Shown here piece by piece: positions 25,691 to 39,908 of a DNA stretch of 64,000 nucleotides. The translations under genes were made by a program, and so were the position numbers. The notes under the pieces are model-generated. The model did no database searches and was not told where the DNA came from. It saw only the letters and a list, made by a program, of their open reading frames with translations. Each line of letters begins with the position of its first letter. Within the stretch, counting starts at the first letter, position 1. The DNA is from the human T2T-CHM13v2.0 reference genome, Homo sapiens. The stretch is from NCBI RefSeq assembly GCF_009914755.1, contig NC_060926.1; one strand, written 5' to 3'.

Positions 25691-27702
25691 AATAGCATTT
25701 ATTTAACAAGTAAAAATGCTTGCAGGTCATCTCCTAAGTGCCAACCACTGTTTCATACTTTAGAGTTACATAAGCAACAAACCATGAACAGAACTGAGGT
25801 GATACTAGAAGGTGGACTGATATCATCCTTCAACAAAAGGATGCTGCCAAGTCTTCCACTGCGGAAAGCAGATCCTAAACGCCAGTCATATCTCCTAGAA
25901 TAAGATTAAAGAGCCTAGTAGACCTGGTTATCTAAACCACCAAATGGGCTGACTCTGATTGGACTCTGAGGCTACACCAAGGAGCAATCCATCCCCAGAT
26001 TAATCTCCAGAAGGCTACTCAAAAGCTACAAAAAAGATCCAGTCAGTGTTCAGCTACAGATACAGATTAAATGACACCAAAGCTTATCCCTGCATGAGTT
26101 ACCTTGTAAAAATACCAACATTTAACTTTACCAGTATTGAAAAACTCTATGGGTGGTTAGTGATAGATTTGAGAAAATCTAAAGCAGAGTCCTGTGTGAA
26201 AACAGTGAAGAGTTTTCTGTAAAGAGATTTTTTTTTTTAAGCCAATGTACAAACATCATCAGCATTTAAATTAGACTTCGAGGACTAAAGGAGAGGTCTG
26301 AATTAATGTGGTTATTCTTGGCGCTCAATGCCTGTGCCCAGCATCTCGGGGGCTACCAGTTTTGAAGACTACATTCCAGATCTAATGTCTTGGTGTTTGC
26401 ATTTAGTGATTTTGAACCTCTGTGTAGTGGAGGCACTGAAAGAGAGAACAAAAGAATGAAAAATAAAAATGTAAATGAGCTTATTTAACACACAGCCAAA
26501 ATTCTTTGATGTTAGGTAATTGCTCAATATACCAAGATAAGCAAGAAATTATCAATTCATCATTTTGAAGTGTCTACTAGTCTGTGTATATTGACTATTT
26601 TTGAAATTATGTACATCTACAAAATACATCTATATCTATAAACTGGTTTATAAGCATGATTAACTTTTCTCATATATATTGTAACAAATGTTACTAGGAT
26701 TTAAAAAACAGCATAATCTAGAAATGATGACACTGACTGAGGCTCTGTCATGTAGCTCACCTGTAATTACCTGTGATGGAAAAGGGCCCAGGGCCTGGCT
26801 GTATACAATCAAGAGCCACTGATGATGAATTGATGAGTTTCTATTTGTGTGTGTCTGTGCCTGATGGCTGACTCTAACTGACATGAAAGAAAGACCCTTC
26901 CTCTCTTAGGTTAAAGCATTCATGTTTTGAAGAGAAAGGCCAGCTTTTAGGCCTTTGCATCTTGGAGAAAGAGATTATAAAAATGAGACTCCCTCCCTGT
27001 ATGCTGCAGTTCAAAAAGACCCGGCATTGAATAACTTAATCTTTTGCAGATCTCCTTTTATAGCCTGACCTGACAGGTGCCCAGAATGCCTTGATACTAC
27101 AAAGCAAATTAAAATTAAACACACAGGGAGTAAAAAGCTTTTGCTGTCAAAGCAGATACCAGGAGAAAGATGTCTGTTTTACAGCACTGTGCTAGGCCGC
27201 CACAGACCAGACCAACCTGGGCCCTGCAGGCTGGAAGACACTGAGAGGAACCCAGAAGCCAGCACGAGCAGAATTTGGATTGAGGTATATTCCAATTTCG
27301 GGGAAATAAGACAATGATATAAGCCGGGCATGGATGGAACTGGTACCTAAATATTTTTGCTAGAGGGGGCCCTGTGTTCTGGGCAGGGTCCAGATTGGGT
27401 GACCCACACACCTGGGACAGTCAAGAGACGTCACACAAGCGCTGAGCTCTAGTCTGAATGTTCTGGGATGCAGATCTACATCCTAGGGCTAGGAAGGCCC
27501 ATCTGAATCACCTTGGAGACTTTTTAAAATAGAAGCTTCTTCTTCCTCCTTCTTAAACTCCTTCATCCAGGAATCATAAACTATTATATTTCCTTCCCCC
27601 AGGAATCATAAACTAGTAAACCTGAGAGTCTGTCCATATTTTTTACATATTCCCACATAACAATCATTATTAATGATTCCTCACTCTTGTCTCACCCCAG
27701 TT

Positions 27703-27873
27703 CAGTCATTCTCAATCCTGGCTGCACACTGGAATTGCCAGGTAAACTTGGACACTTTACTGATGTCTAGTTCTCCCTGCTGAGGGTTGGTTTTTATTGG
27801 TTTGAAGCAGAGCCCAGGTGTTAGTAAAATCTCCCTTATGAATATTGCGTGCAATCCATATTGAAAACTGATG
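27703..27873. mobile_element. MER5-type MITE
   Basis: 'cagtcattctcaatcctggctgcacactggaatt...ttgaaaactgatg'. Confidence 0.6.
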
Positions 27874-30800
27874 CATGAGTATCTTCAATAATGTGCAGAC
27901 CAAAGGGAAGATTGCCCTCCTTTTCTAAAGGCCCCAGTGACACAGAATCTTCTTCGTCATTATGAAGTCAATTTCAATTTGGAGGGTCCAGTAGCAGAAA
28001 AAAAATTTTTTTGAAACAAACCAGAATCTGCTTCATGGCACCTAATTGTCATGGTCCCGATTCTTCACATGGATTAAATCGGCCCATGGGCCGTTAGAAC
28101 ATATCTCCGCTTTAGCTGATGTCTCCTTGGTAGGCTGGCCGCACTTTCTTCATAGTTCTAGGGCAGTAAGCAAGGCTGGCAGGAGATCTTATTCAATCAA
28201 TACACACTTATTTGGAGCCTATTAGCTCTCAGGTGTACCAGGCTTTAGGAAAACAGGCCAGACATGCCAGCACAGTCTCACCAGTCTAGGGTTGAAAACA
28301 CATCCAAGTGGAGGCAGCTCGTAAGTGCAGACATCCGTAGTCAGCCTGGGCTCCAGTACCAGCTATGCCTTAATCAGTCTGTCACTCCAGGCGAGCTATT
28401 TCCCTGAGCTTCAGCTCCTCCAGCTATAAAGTGGTGGTACTAACACAAATATTTGTGGGGTATTATTATGTATCAGATAATAGAAATTCAAAAAAGGTAT
28501 AATATGATATCCAATTTAGGACAAAATATGCATGTAACCCACAATGCACAATGATATGTATCATAGGAAGTGATTCTAGAAGAATCGAGAAAGAGAAAGA
28601 CAGCATGATTTTCATGGGCTTCACCCCTGGGCACATCACATCAAGAAAACTGGTAATCAGGTTGGCCAATGCTGAGAATGTAATACCCATTGACTCCTTG
28701 CGTAGCACTAACTCAGTGAGCTAGACGAGATAATGTGCATGCACTTTGTGGGTCTACTATAGATATTAGCTGTCATCCTGTTGCCTTAATTGTCCTCAAT
28801 CCAAAATGGACAAGACTGACTCCAGACCTGAGAACAAAGGTAAATCCTTCAGAGTGCCTAAAATCCTTCCAGCTGGAAGGACCAAACTACAAGACTGTAC
28901 CCTGGGATACAGATACCTACAAGTCACTGCAGGAACTGGAGAAACATGACACCTGCTTTTGGAGGACGCTCCCTGTGTCTTCCCATTTTAATCTTCTAAG
29001 CAATAGGGTTCAGTCCTATTGCTTCCTCCCCAAACAGTTAGTGGCTTTTGACCACTGTAAAATAAATCCAGATAGGTACACAGGTGGGATTGATACATTT
29101 AACAATAAATATATTTGTAAATATCTATGTTTTCAGTCTTTTCAAAACATTACACAATTTTCTACTTCCTTGCACTAGGTAATCAATCTTCCTTATTGGA
29201 AATACTTTCCTCTAACTGTTGCTGATCGCTCCTATCTTTCCATTACAATGATGCTTCTGAACCTGGGCTATACATTAGAATCGATTGGAGCACATTAAAA
29301 AATACTGACACCTGTGGTGAGGTATGGTCGGTGGGGTTTTTGAAAGCTGCTCATTAATTCTATTTTACATTCATATTGAGCCCCACTGCCTCACAGCTGG
29401 GATAAACCAACCTTCGGCTCTAAGCTGCAGCCTTCTCTAATCACAGCAACTGTAGTGATGGCCCCTACATCTGAATTCCAGCAGTAATTGCTTCTCAGGA
29501 ACACCAATTACAGACAGCTTCACAATATAGTTATTTACAGAATGATCACTAGGTCAAATTAGGTGTGTATTCTAGATTAGATCACTTCTACCATAGCATG
29601 TAGAAATCTTAGAAAGTGAATCCCTGAGCCTTCATTTCCTCATTTATATTAAGAGCACTGTATTAGATGATTTCTAAGTGGCCTCACAGATTAAGTACAT
29701 ATTTTGAAAGTCAGCATCTTGTCTTCTAAACTAATTTGCAGTTCCCTGGAGGGCAGGGACCACATCCCATGCTGCTTTTGTTCCTCACAAGCAGTGGAGT
29801 GCTTCAGTTAAACTACAGATCTTATTTTTCCTGTGCCCGCTCCATCACAAGTTTCTAGAGGAAGCTCATTCTCGCCATTTATTTGGCTGTTACTAAAAAA
29901 ATTACTCACCATTCTTAGCTCCCACATTATCTTTGGAACTATGTGTTATAGGCATCATTTGTTAGGCACTACAATAATCACTTTACATCCATGACACATG
30001 TTCAAATATAATTATAATTCTGAGTGGTAGATATTATGTCATCCAATGTTTGTTTGTGGGTTGGTTTCCAAATTAGTCCTGTTTGCATATGTTATTTTTT
30101 CAATAAAAAGAGAGTTATGATACCTTGATGGTGTAGAGCTCCACTGACCAGATAAATTTCTGAAAACTATAAAAAAAAATTAAAGGTCCCTGGAAATGGT
30201 ACTAAGTACAATTAGCACATAAAGAAACATCTATTCAAGAACATTTACAAATATCAGCAAGGAAGAACAAAGTCTGTCTTATTTTGAATGAAGATGGCTA
30301 CAGCTCAGTGAGGTGGACTCTCTACTCCAGACTTCCAGTGCTGCCAAGCACTGGGGTCCCTTTCCCTGGCTCTCGGCTGGAGGCTGTCTTCCCAGAACAT
30401 CAGTATTTCTCATCTCACCTCCAGCTAGTTTGTGTTGGGGATGAGACTTGGGTGACTGCAATGCCCACTCAAAGCATGGCAGGCTGATGACACCAGCTTC
30501 CTCATAACCCTGACCCAACTAATGAGGTGGTGATCCTAGGCCTGCAGTCATAAACTGAGAGGACCTCAGCTGGCTGCTTCACTAGCCCACCCAGCACCAC
30601 CTACTAGAGTGTGGTGTCACTCAAAGAGAGACTTGTCATTGTCCCCACCCAGGCTCCAGAGTCCTGGTTAAGAGATATGCCTGGGGGAGAAACAGATTTA
30701 AAACAGCTCCTGATCCCTTCCCAAAGGCATTGACTTCATTGGCAATAAAATATGGAGAAAGTCAAGACCAAGGGCTTTCTCAAGAAGAGTGGAGTTGTGG

Positions 30801-30882
30801 TGAAAAATCTGAAAGGAATTTATGAGTCACATAATGGTACAGGTTAGACCATAATCCAGCTAGCTTTCAGAAGACAGATGTA

Positions 30883-32007
30883 CACTTGACCCTTGAACAA
30901 CATGGAAGTTAGAAGCCCTGACCCCCTATGCAGTTAAAAACCTGTGTATAATGTTTGGCTGCCCCCAAAACTAACTATTAATAGCTTACTGTTGACAGGA
31001 AGTCTTACTGATAACATAAACAGTTGACTAACATAGATTTTGTAGCTTATAGGTATTACACATTGTATTCTTACAATGGAGTAAGCTAGAGAAAGGAAAA
31101 TATTATTAAGTAAATCATAAGAAGGAGAAAATATTTTTACTACTCATTAAGTGGAAGTGGATCATCATAAAGGTCTTCACCTTTATCGTCTTCACACTGA
31201 GTAGGCTGAGAGGAGGAGGAAAAGGAGGTGTTACACGTAGTTAGACAAGTATGAGCAGGGCAGGAGAGGGCTCTTTCCCCACCCACTAGAAATACCCGGT
31301 GATGGTTTGGTACTTATCACATTGCCTCTTTAAAAGTGATAAATTGGCAGCCGGTGCCAGGGAGAGGCCATTTTCGGAAAATCCACAAGTGCTGCACTAA
31401 AATGTTAATTGAATGCAGGCACCAGGGAGACACAGCTTCCTGAGCGGGCGCATTAAGAGACAAAACGGCAGAGTATAACCTTCTGAAGACACTCCCCTGG
31501 AAAAGGGAAGAAAGCCTCAGAGAGGCATGTGCACAACTTCGTAAACATACTGCACGTGCTCACCTCCCCAGGGTAAGGGGGGCCCTTACTGTGCATGTGG
31601 GCAGCCCACCCTAAGGGAAAAACCATGGGAAAGGGCCCAGTGTTTAAAGTCCTAGGATGAAGGTTAAACACTGCACTTGACCTCGGTGCCCCCTTGAGTC
31701 TCTTCCAAGCGTACTTTCCTTATTTTCTTTCCCATTTTAAAGCCTTTTAAAATAAACTTCCACTCCTGCTCTGAAACCTGCCTTGGTCTCTTTTGTTGCC
31801 TTATGCCCCTCAGTCAAATTTTTTCTTCTGAGGCGGCAAGAATTGAGGCTGCTGCAGACCCACGAGGATTCGCCATCAGTAACTCAGATACCTTCCATCA
31901 GTAACAGAGGCATTGGTTTTACTGGCTCATGGGTGGCAGAGGCAGAAGAAAAACCACATGTAAGTAGATGCTCATAGCTCATACCCGTGTTGTTCAAAGA
32001 TCAACTG
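30883..32007 (+). mobile_element. Tigger2a (MER28) DNA transposon, split by a MER50-family LTR
   Basis: TIRs 'ta|cacttgacccttgaacaacatgg' ... 'ccgtgttgttcaaagatcaactg|ta'; internal 'cattaagtggaagtggatcatcataaaggtcttca'. Confidence 0.85.
31229..31906 (+). mobile_element. MER50-family (MER50B/C-like) ERV1 solo LTR
   Basis: TG...CA; 'tagttagacaagtatgagcagggcaggagagggc'; 'aataaacttccactcctgctctgaaac'; 4-bp TSD gagg. Confidence 0.85.
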
Positions 32008-32069
32008 TAGATTAGAACAGCTGGGTAGAGTCCTCTTAGTGTCAGAACAAATATCAAAAACTGACTTCA

Positions 32070-32282
<213 letters not shown>

Positions 32283-32324
32283 AAAAACTGGCCTCAGAAA
32301 CAGATTCATCCAAGAAGTCACAAT

Positions 32325-33110
32325 CTCTAAAGAAGAGACACAAATGGTCAATTAGCACAAGAAAATATGCTTGGCATCATTAATCATCATAGAAACGTAA
32401 ATCAAAACCATAATGAAATACAACTACACTCCCACTAGGATGGCTAGAATCAAAAAGTCAGATAAATGTTGGCAAGAATGTGGAGAAATTGGAACACTTG
32501 TGCATTGCTGGTAGAAATGTAAAATGGGGCAAAATCCTTTGGAAAACAGTCTGTCAGTTCCCATAGTAATTAATGGTTTCCATCTGATTCAGCAATTCCA
32601 CTCCTAGGTATGTGCCCAACTGAAATGAAAGGATATGTCCACAAAAATGCCTGCACATGAATGTTTATGGCAGTATCATTCATAATATCCAAAAGGTAAA
32701 AATAACTCAGATGTCCATCAACAGGTGAGTGGATAAACAAAATATGAAATGACCATACAATGGAATATGACTTGGCTATAAAAAATATAGAGTACTGATA
32801 CATGTTAGCATATGGATGAACCTTAAAAACGTTATACTAAATGAAAGAAGCTTGACACAAAAGACCACATGTTATATGATTCCATTTATTTGAAATGTCC
32901 AGAATAAAGATATCCATAGAGGCAGAAAGTGGATTAGTAGTTATTCAGGACTGAGGTTGGGCAGAAAGGGAATAATGATATTCCAGAATTGATGGTGGTG
33001 CTATTTGCACGTATCTGTGAATACCCTAAAATCCACTGAATTGTACAGTTTACATTGGTAAATTTTATCTTATGGGAATTGTATCTCCATAAAGCTATTT
33101 TTTTTAAAAA
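32325..33110 (+). mobile_element. L1MB-type 3' end
   Basis: 'aaatcaaaaccataatgaaata', 'cagcaattccactcctaggtat', 'tggatgaaccttaaaaacgttatactaaatgaaagaagc', 'aatccactgaattgtaca'. Confidence 0.85.
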
Positions 33111-33169
33111 AAAGGAAAAACAGGTTAGAATTAAGGATATCAAAACAAAAAGGAACAGTTGCCAAGATG

Positions 33170-33602
33170 GTGTTAGAGGAAAAAAATTATTTGGGGTACT
33201 TCCCATTGAGGATAAAGAAAGAGCAAGCAGTATTGTCAAGGAGAGCCTTCAGAGCATAATACAGACCTGACTTGGACAAATAGAGGGTAAAGGCAGAGGA
33301 TGCTTGGGTAGAAGGAGCCTCAGAGTGCAGTGAAGCTCTGAGCATTTCTAACCCAGCCCCAAAAGGAGCTCCGGCATAAAGCGTGGCTATTAATGAGTCC
33401 TGCATGGGCAGATGTTTTCTTGTACTGCTGTCTTGCCTAGTCACCGGCTGGGAGCTGCCGGGAGAAGCATGACCTCAGTTCAAACAGTGCCGTGGATCCC
33501 AAAGGTGCAATTGCCGAAGGCCATCAGCTACTTGCACTTCTTATAGCTGATCAACAAGTTCTTGAAGGGAAATTGGAGCCTCATAAGTCCATGTCTGCCA
33601 CA
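33170..33602 (-). mobile_element. Old ERVL LTR (LTR16/LTR50 group)
   Basis: Minus strand starts 'tgtggcagacatgga...ttcccttcaagaacttg...cagct..aagtgca'; subfamily uncertain. Confidence 0.5.
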
Positions 33603-33663
33603 AGGGGCCTTAAAGTAAATTATGTTTTAGATCTTGAAATCATCATTACAGAGGAAATATCAG

Positions 33664-34365
33664 TGTTAGCAGTGGTGAATCTGTACAGGTCTCAGCGACT
33701 CAATTCCTGCTGCCTCATGGGAAAGAATTCATCTGAGTGGCATAAGCCAGAGCAAGAGACTGAGGCAAGTTTTAGGGTTGGAGTGAAAGTTTATTAAAAA
33801 GTTTTAGAGCAGGAACAAAAGGAAATAAAGTACACTTGGAACAGGTCCAAGCAGGCAACTTAAGAGATTCAAGTGCACCATTTAGTCCTTTGACTTGGGG
33901 TTTTATAAGTTGACATACTTTCAGGGTTTTTTGCATCTCTCCTTTGATTTTTCACTGGAGTGGGCTGCCCACAGTGAGCAGTGGCCTGCAAGCACTTAGG
34001 AGGGGCCACAAATGCAGTCTGTTTACTGGAGCTGTGCACATGGTCATTTGAGGCATTTCTTACTAGTCAAGTGTTCCTAGAGGAGGGTCATTATACCAGT
34101 TAAACTCCGCCATTTTGCCTCTTAGTGCGCATGCTCAAGCCTACTCACCCAACTCCTTGAATCTTACTGAGAAGCGGCTCATCACCAGCTTCAGGTGTTT
34201 TCTATATATTGGAAGACTACCTTTCCCTAGCTCCAGATGTGAGCAATTACTATTTTAGAGAAACAGTTTAACAACCTCATGACCATCACCTGATGGTTGC
34301 CTTATATTCCTCGGAGGGGGCCCCCTCCTGCCTTGCTCATGTCTGCCTAGCTACCCACTCTAACA
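33664..34365 (-). mobile_element. MER50 ERV1 solo LTR
   Basis: Minus strand starts 'tgttagagtgggtagctaggcagacatgagcaaggcaggag'; TG...CA; 4-bp TSD tcag. Confidence 0.88.
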
Positions 34366-34599
34366 TCAGGACTCCGATGAAAATGACAGTAAGTCCAGTG
34401 TCGTGAGTATACTGAACTTATTTTCTAAATCCTAAATCCCAAATCAGAACAAATAGTTTGATCAATTTTTAAATTATGAAATTGTATAATTTCCGATGCA
34501 TAGATTAGAAATATTTCCTCTTTGTAAAGCATTTATAGTGCCATAAAGATTACTGACCTATTGAACAGGCACAGCCTCTACAACATTCTTACTAGACTT

Positions 34600-34916
<317 letters not shown>

Positions 34917-35137
34917 TAAAATAATTAAAAGAGACATTAATGTTTGACAAGTCTGTTACGAATGCATGGCATATGAAATAGTAAAAATCCCTTAGGCATT
35001 AGGAGTCCTCAAAATCTGATGTTCTTTATTAAGGGAGTTGATTCTAGAGGTCTTTCACTTCCAGATTATCCACTGGTCATGATGATATTTGCAATAATAA
35101 TTAAGGCTTATCAATTCTAATTTTTTATAAACTGCTT

Positions 35138-35700
35138 GTGATGGTGATTAAGCTCCTATCTCCCAGCTCCAAACCCAATCTTTGCTCCTTTTCTTTGTGA
35201 TGCTGGATTTAGGCTCTGCAGATAATTTTTCTGCTGTGACAGCTGGCTCTAAATTCAGTTTTGGCAAAAGGCTTACAAGAGCAAGGCAGGCAGAAGTAGG
35301 TAAGGACTTGTTTTTTTCTGCTTTTTCCCTGTCTTTTTCCTGGTCCTACAAACAACGTCCAAAAATCACCCCATGCTTCTGTCTGCAGCAGCAGGTAAAG
35401 ACATTTAGCAGCTCTTCAGTACTCAGAGAACCAGAGAGTAATCCTGTTTTCTCATAGAGCCCAGCAACAGCCTTTCCTTGGGCGTCTTATGTTTCAGCTC
35501 CATGCACCCCCCTTGAGGCTTCTAAGTTCCAATAGTACACATCTGTCTTTCTAGTTCTGCCAGTCCTAAAGAGTAGGGCAAGCTACTTCCTGTAGTTGCT
35601 ACCTTCATGTCTCAGTGTTGTTGTTTTGTTTTGTTTTTGTTTTTTTCAGCTCCCTACTAAATTTTATATAAAATCCTGCTTAGGTTCTCTCTTAAAACTA
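35138..35700 (+). mobile_element. Old ERVL LTR (LTR41/LTR33-like)
   Basis: 'cccagctccaaacccaatcttt..ctttgtgatgctgg..ggctctgcag...cagctggctc'; 3' boundary uncertain. Confidence 0.5.
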
Positions 35701-36747
35701 TGTTGTCTCTCATATGTTATATACTTTCGACTAAAATATTTGCTATATTTTCAGTTATATCAGTTATATCTTCAGTTTCCTAATTGAACCTAATAGAGTG
35801 CTTTATGCACAAGATCTAATTTAATTTTTCCAATAACCTATCTAAATAGATATTATCCCTACTTTACAGATGAAGCAACACACCCTCAGAAATTGTTACT
35901 TGCTCAGAAACTCCTTTCTTGTTAATGAGAGACCTAGATCCAAGTGCGTCTGAGGAATTCCAAAGATCTTGCCCTTAATCACCATCATAGGGTGTTTTCT
36001 GATGTGAGCCCATGGGATTCCTGACTTCCTTTGGACACAGTTGTTTGCTTCTCTTCCAGAACTTTCTGGAATTAGTTTTCACTCTGTCATTCTGCCATGA
36101 ACATAACTGTATGTTTGGCTCCATAAAACATTCTAAAATATTTCACTCACATTTTTATAGTCTTAGTATATAGACTGCAAGAAAACAAAAAGTATCCTAA
36201 ATCATAGATAAGACATTTCTTAAATTCAGTAATATTGACATCTTAACTTCTCCTTAACCTTTATTTTTTTCAAGGAGTTGAGGCATTTCCATTTCATGAC
36301 TGTTGGAAAGCCCATGCAGGGATGCACAGCTTTCTTCCTTGACAGCTGTGTCCTCAAAGTGTACCAACTATGTCCTCTTCAGTGACAGTAGCCATGGCTA
36401 AAATGCCAATGTGCTGCAGTCATCACAACCCTCAATTTTAAAACATTTTCATCATCTCAAAAAGCAACTCTGTAGTTTTTAGCTTTTGCTCCTCTATCCT
36501 CCTGTCTCTCACCTCATCCCCAGCTCTAAGCCATCACTAATCTGATTTCTGTCTCTATAGTTTGGCCTGTTCAGGCCATTTGATATAGATGAAATCATAC
36601 AATATTTTGTGCTTCATGACAGGTTTCTCTCAGCATAATGTTTTCAAAGTTCATCCCTGTTGTGGCATATGTCAGTACTTAATTCCTTTTTATGGCTACA
36701 TAATATTTCATTGTATGGGTATAACATATCTTCCTATACATTTGTTA

Positions 36748-36825
36748 TTAGGTTGGTGCAAAAGTAATTGCAGTTTGCCATTGAAAGTAATGGCAAAATC
36801 CATGATTACTTTTACACCAATCTAA
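36748..36825. mobile_element. MADE1 (Hsmar1-derived MITE)
   Basis: ta|ttaggttggtgcaaaagtaattgc...attacttttacaccaatctaa|ta; ~80-bp palindrome with TA TSD. Confidence 0.93.
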
Positions 36826-38581
36826 TAGTTGGTGGACATTTGGGTTGTTTCCATTTCTAGGCTATTGTGATTTGTGTATAAGCTCTTATGTGGACGTGTT
36901 TTCATTTTACTTGGGCATGAACCTCACGGTGGAACTGCTGGGTTATATGGAAATTCTCTGCTTCATCATTTGAGGGTGTGTCCGATTGTTTTCCAGAGTG
37001 GCTGCACCATTTCACATTCCCACCAGCCTTGTGCTAGTGTTACGATTTTTCCTCCTTTGCCAATACTTGTTGTTAGGTGACTTTTTGATTTTAGCCATCC
37101 TACAAGATGTAATGTAGTATTTTATTGTGATTTTGACTTGCATTTCCCTGATGACTGATGATGTCAAGCACATTCTCATGTGTTTGTTGTCCATTTGTAT
37201 GTTTTACATGCTGAAGTGTCTGTTCAGGTCCTTTGCTCATGTTTTTTTTTTTAAAAAAAAAATTAGGTTCTTTTTCTTTATTATTGAATTGTAAGAGTTC
37301 TTTATATATTCTGGAAATGAGTCTCTTGCAGATAGATGCTTTAAAAATGTTTTCTACCATTCTTCAGGTTGATGTTTTACTGTCTTAATGCTGCTTTGAA
37401 AGCCATCACTTTGAAAAAAAATATTTGATAAAATGCAACTTATATATTTATTTTGATGCTGTGCTTTTTGGTGTCATATGTAGGACTCCTTTGGTAAAAT
37501 TAAGGTCGTAAAGATTTATTTAACTCTGTTTTATCATAAGAATTTTACAAATTTTGCTTTTACATTTGGGTCTGATCCATTTTCGGTCAATTTTTGTATG
37601 TGGTGTGAAGTAAATGTCCAGCTTCATCCACTTGCATGTTGCTATACAGTTGTTCCAGCACCATTTTTTGAAAAGGCTATTCTTTCCTCATTGAATAATT
37701 TTGTACTCTTATGGATTATCATTTGACCATAAATACATAGATTTTCTTCTGGGGTGCTTTCAGTTTTATTCCATTGTTCTATGTGATTGACTTTTTGTCA
37801 GTTTCACCCTAACTTAGTTACTACAGATTTGAAGTAGTTTGAAATCGTGAAATATAACTACTTCTATTTGGTTTTCCTTTGTAAAGATTGTTTTGGCTAA
37901 TTTCCCTGAAATCCCATATGAGCTTTAGAATCAGCTTGTCAATTTTTATAAAGAAGTCAGCTGAGATACTGATGAGAATTTTATTGAATCTGTAGCTCAG
38001 TTTGAGGAATAATACCATCTTAACAATGTTAAGTCTTGTGATCAATGAACATAGGAAGCTTTTCTAATTATATACATAGTCCTCAATTTCTTTCAATTAC
38101 ATTTTATAGTTTTTAGAATATGTTTTGCCCTTTTTCCGTTATAATCCCTTTAAGTATTTCATTATTTTTGAAGCTATTGTCAATGAAATTGTTATATTAA
38201 CTTAATCCCCACAGTGCTTATTGAAATTGTACAAAAACACAATTAACTTTCATTTTGATCCTGTATCCTTCAACCTTGGTGAATTCATTTATTAATTTCT
38301 TTGTGTGTGAATTCTTTCAGATTTTTTATGTGCAGAATTATGCCATCTACAAATACAAATAGTTTTACTCCTCTCTCTTCCTTGTGGTTGTCTTATTTCT
38401 TGATCTTGACTAATTACCTTGACTAGAATATACAGTTTACTGCTGAATGGAAGTGTCAACAGTGGATATACTTTTATTATTCCAGATCTTAGGAAGAAAT
38501 TATCCAGCCTTTAACCATTGAGTGTAATGTTACTTTCTTCATAGATACCCTTTATGTTTATCAATTGAAAACATTCTCTTC

Positions 38582-39138
38582 CGTGATGGTTAATATTAGG
38601 TGTCAACTTGAATGGAGTAAGGGATCCCTAGATAGCTGGTAGAGCATTATTTCTGAAATGGCATTTGTGGAAAAGATTAACATTGGAATCAGTGGACTGA
38701 GTGAGAAAAATCCGCGCTCACTTAATGTGAGTGCTCACCATCCAATCAGCTGAGGCCCAGATAAAACAAAAGGTCAGAGGAAAGCAAATTCTCTCTCTCT
38801 CTCTCTCTCTCTTAGAACTAGGCTTTTCTCCTGCCATTGGTCATTTAAACTTCAGGTCCTCTGGCCTTTGGACTCCACAGCTTGCATCAGCAGCCCTTGG
38901 GTTCTCATGTCTTTGGATTGAGAATTACACCATCAGTTTCCCTGGTTCTGAGTCCTTTGGACTTGGATTGAGCCACAATACTGGTTTCCCTGGTCCTCTA
39001 GCTTGCAGATGACCTGTCATGGGACTTCTCTGTCTCTATAATCATGAGAAATAATCTCCCTAATAAACATATTCTCATATAACTATATCTAAGGCAATAC
39101 ATTCAATTGGTTCTGTCTGTCTGGAGAACCCTAATATA
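38582..39138 (+). mobile_element. MLT2B-like ERVL solo LTR
   Basis: 'tgatggttaatattaggtgtcaacttga', 'ctagcttgcagatg', 'ttggttctgtctgtctggagaaccctaata'. Confidence 0.88.
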
Positions 39139-39179
39139 CTTTCTTTCCTAGTTTGTTGATTTTGTTTTTGTTTTTGTTT

Positions 39180-39740
39180 TTGACCCAGTAATCCCATTCC
39201 TAGGTATATGCTGAAAGGAGTATATACATTTTTCTACTGAAAAAACAAATGCATGTGTATGTTCAACACAGCACGATTCACAATAGCAAAGACGTGGAGT
39301 CAACCTAAGTGTCCATCAGTGGTGGATTGGATAAAGAAAATGTGGTACATATACACCATGGGATACTACACAGACCATAAAAAAGAATGAAATAAATAAT
39401 GTATTTTGCAGCAACATGAATGCAGCTGTAGGCCATTACCCTAAGCAAATTAACACAAAAACCAAAAGCCAAATACCACATGTTCTCATTTACAAGTGGG
39501 AGCTAAACATTAGATATATGTGAACATAAAGATGAGAACAACAGACATGGGGGATTAGTAGAAGGAGAAGGGGGAGAAGGGAAAAGTTTGAAAAACTACC
39601 TATTGACCACCATGCTCATTACTTGGGCAACAGGATCAATCATACCCCAAATCTCATTATGCTGCAATATGCCCAGGTAACAAACGTGCTTATGTATGCC
39701 CTTAATCTAAAATAAAAGCCGAAATAAAAACAAAAAAATA
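39180..39740 (+). mobile_element. L1PA15/16-L1PB type 3' end, 5'-truncated
   Basis: 'tgacccagtaatcccattcctaggtata', 'caacctaagtgtccatcagtggtggattggataaagaaaatgtggtacatatacaccatgg'; A-tail. Confidence 0.88.
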
Positions 39741-39783
39741 TTCTATTGAAATAGGATAGTGTATTAATTGAAATTCAGATGTT

Positions 39784-39908
39784 AGCCAGGTGCAATGGCA
39801 CATACCTGCAATCCCAAATAATTGAGAATCCGAGGCAGGAGGATCTCTTGAACCTGGGAGTTCAAGACCAGCCTGAGAAATATAGCAAGACCTCCACTTA
39901 AAAAAAAA
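39784..39908 (+). mobile_element. FLAM / free Alu monomer
   Basis: Single monomer ending 'gttcaagaccagcctgagaaatatagcaagacctcc' plus A tail. Confidence 0.8.

Noticed and set aside
28080-28093. 14-bp perfect palindrome cggcccatgggccg
   Set aside because: A few palindromes of this length are expected by chance in 64 kb.
28735-29178. 147-aa ORF
   Set aside because: No ATG context, splice structure or protein-family resemblance; length is compatible with chance in 64 kb.
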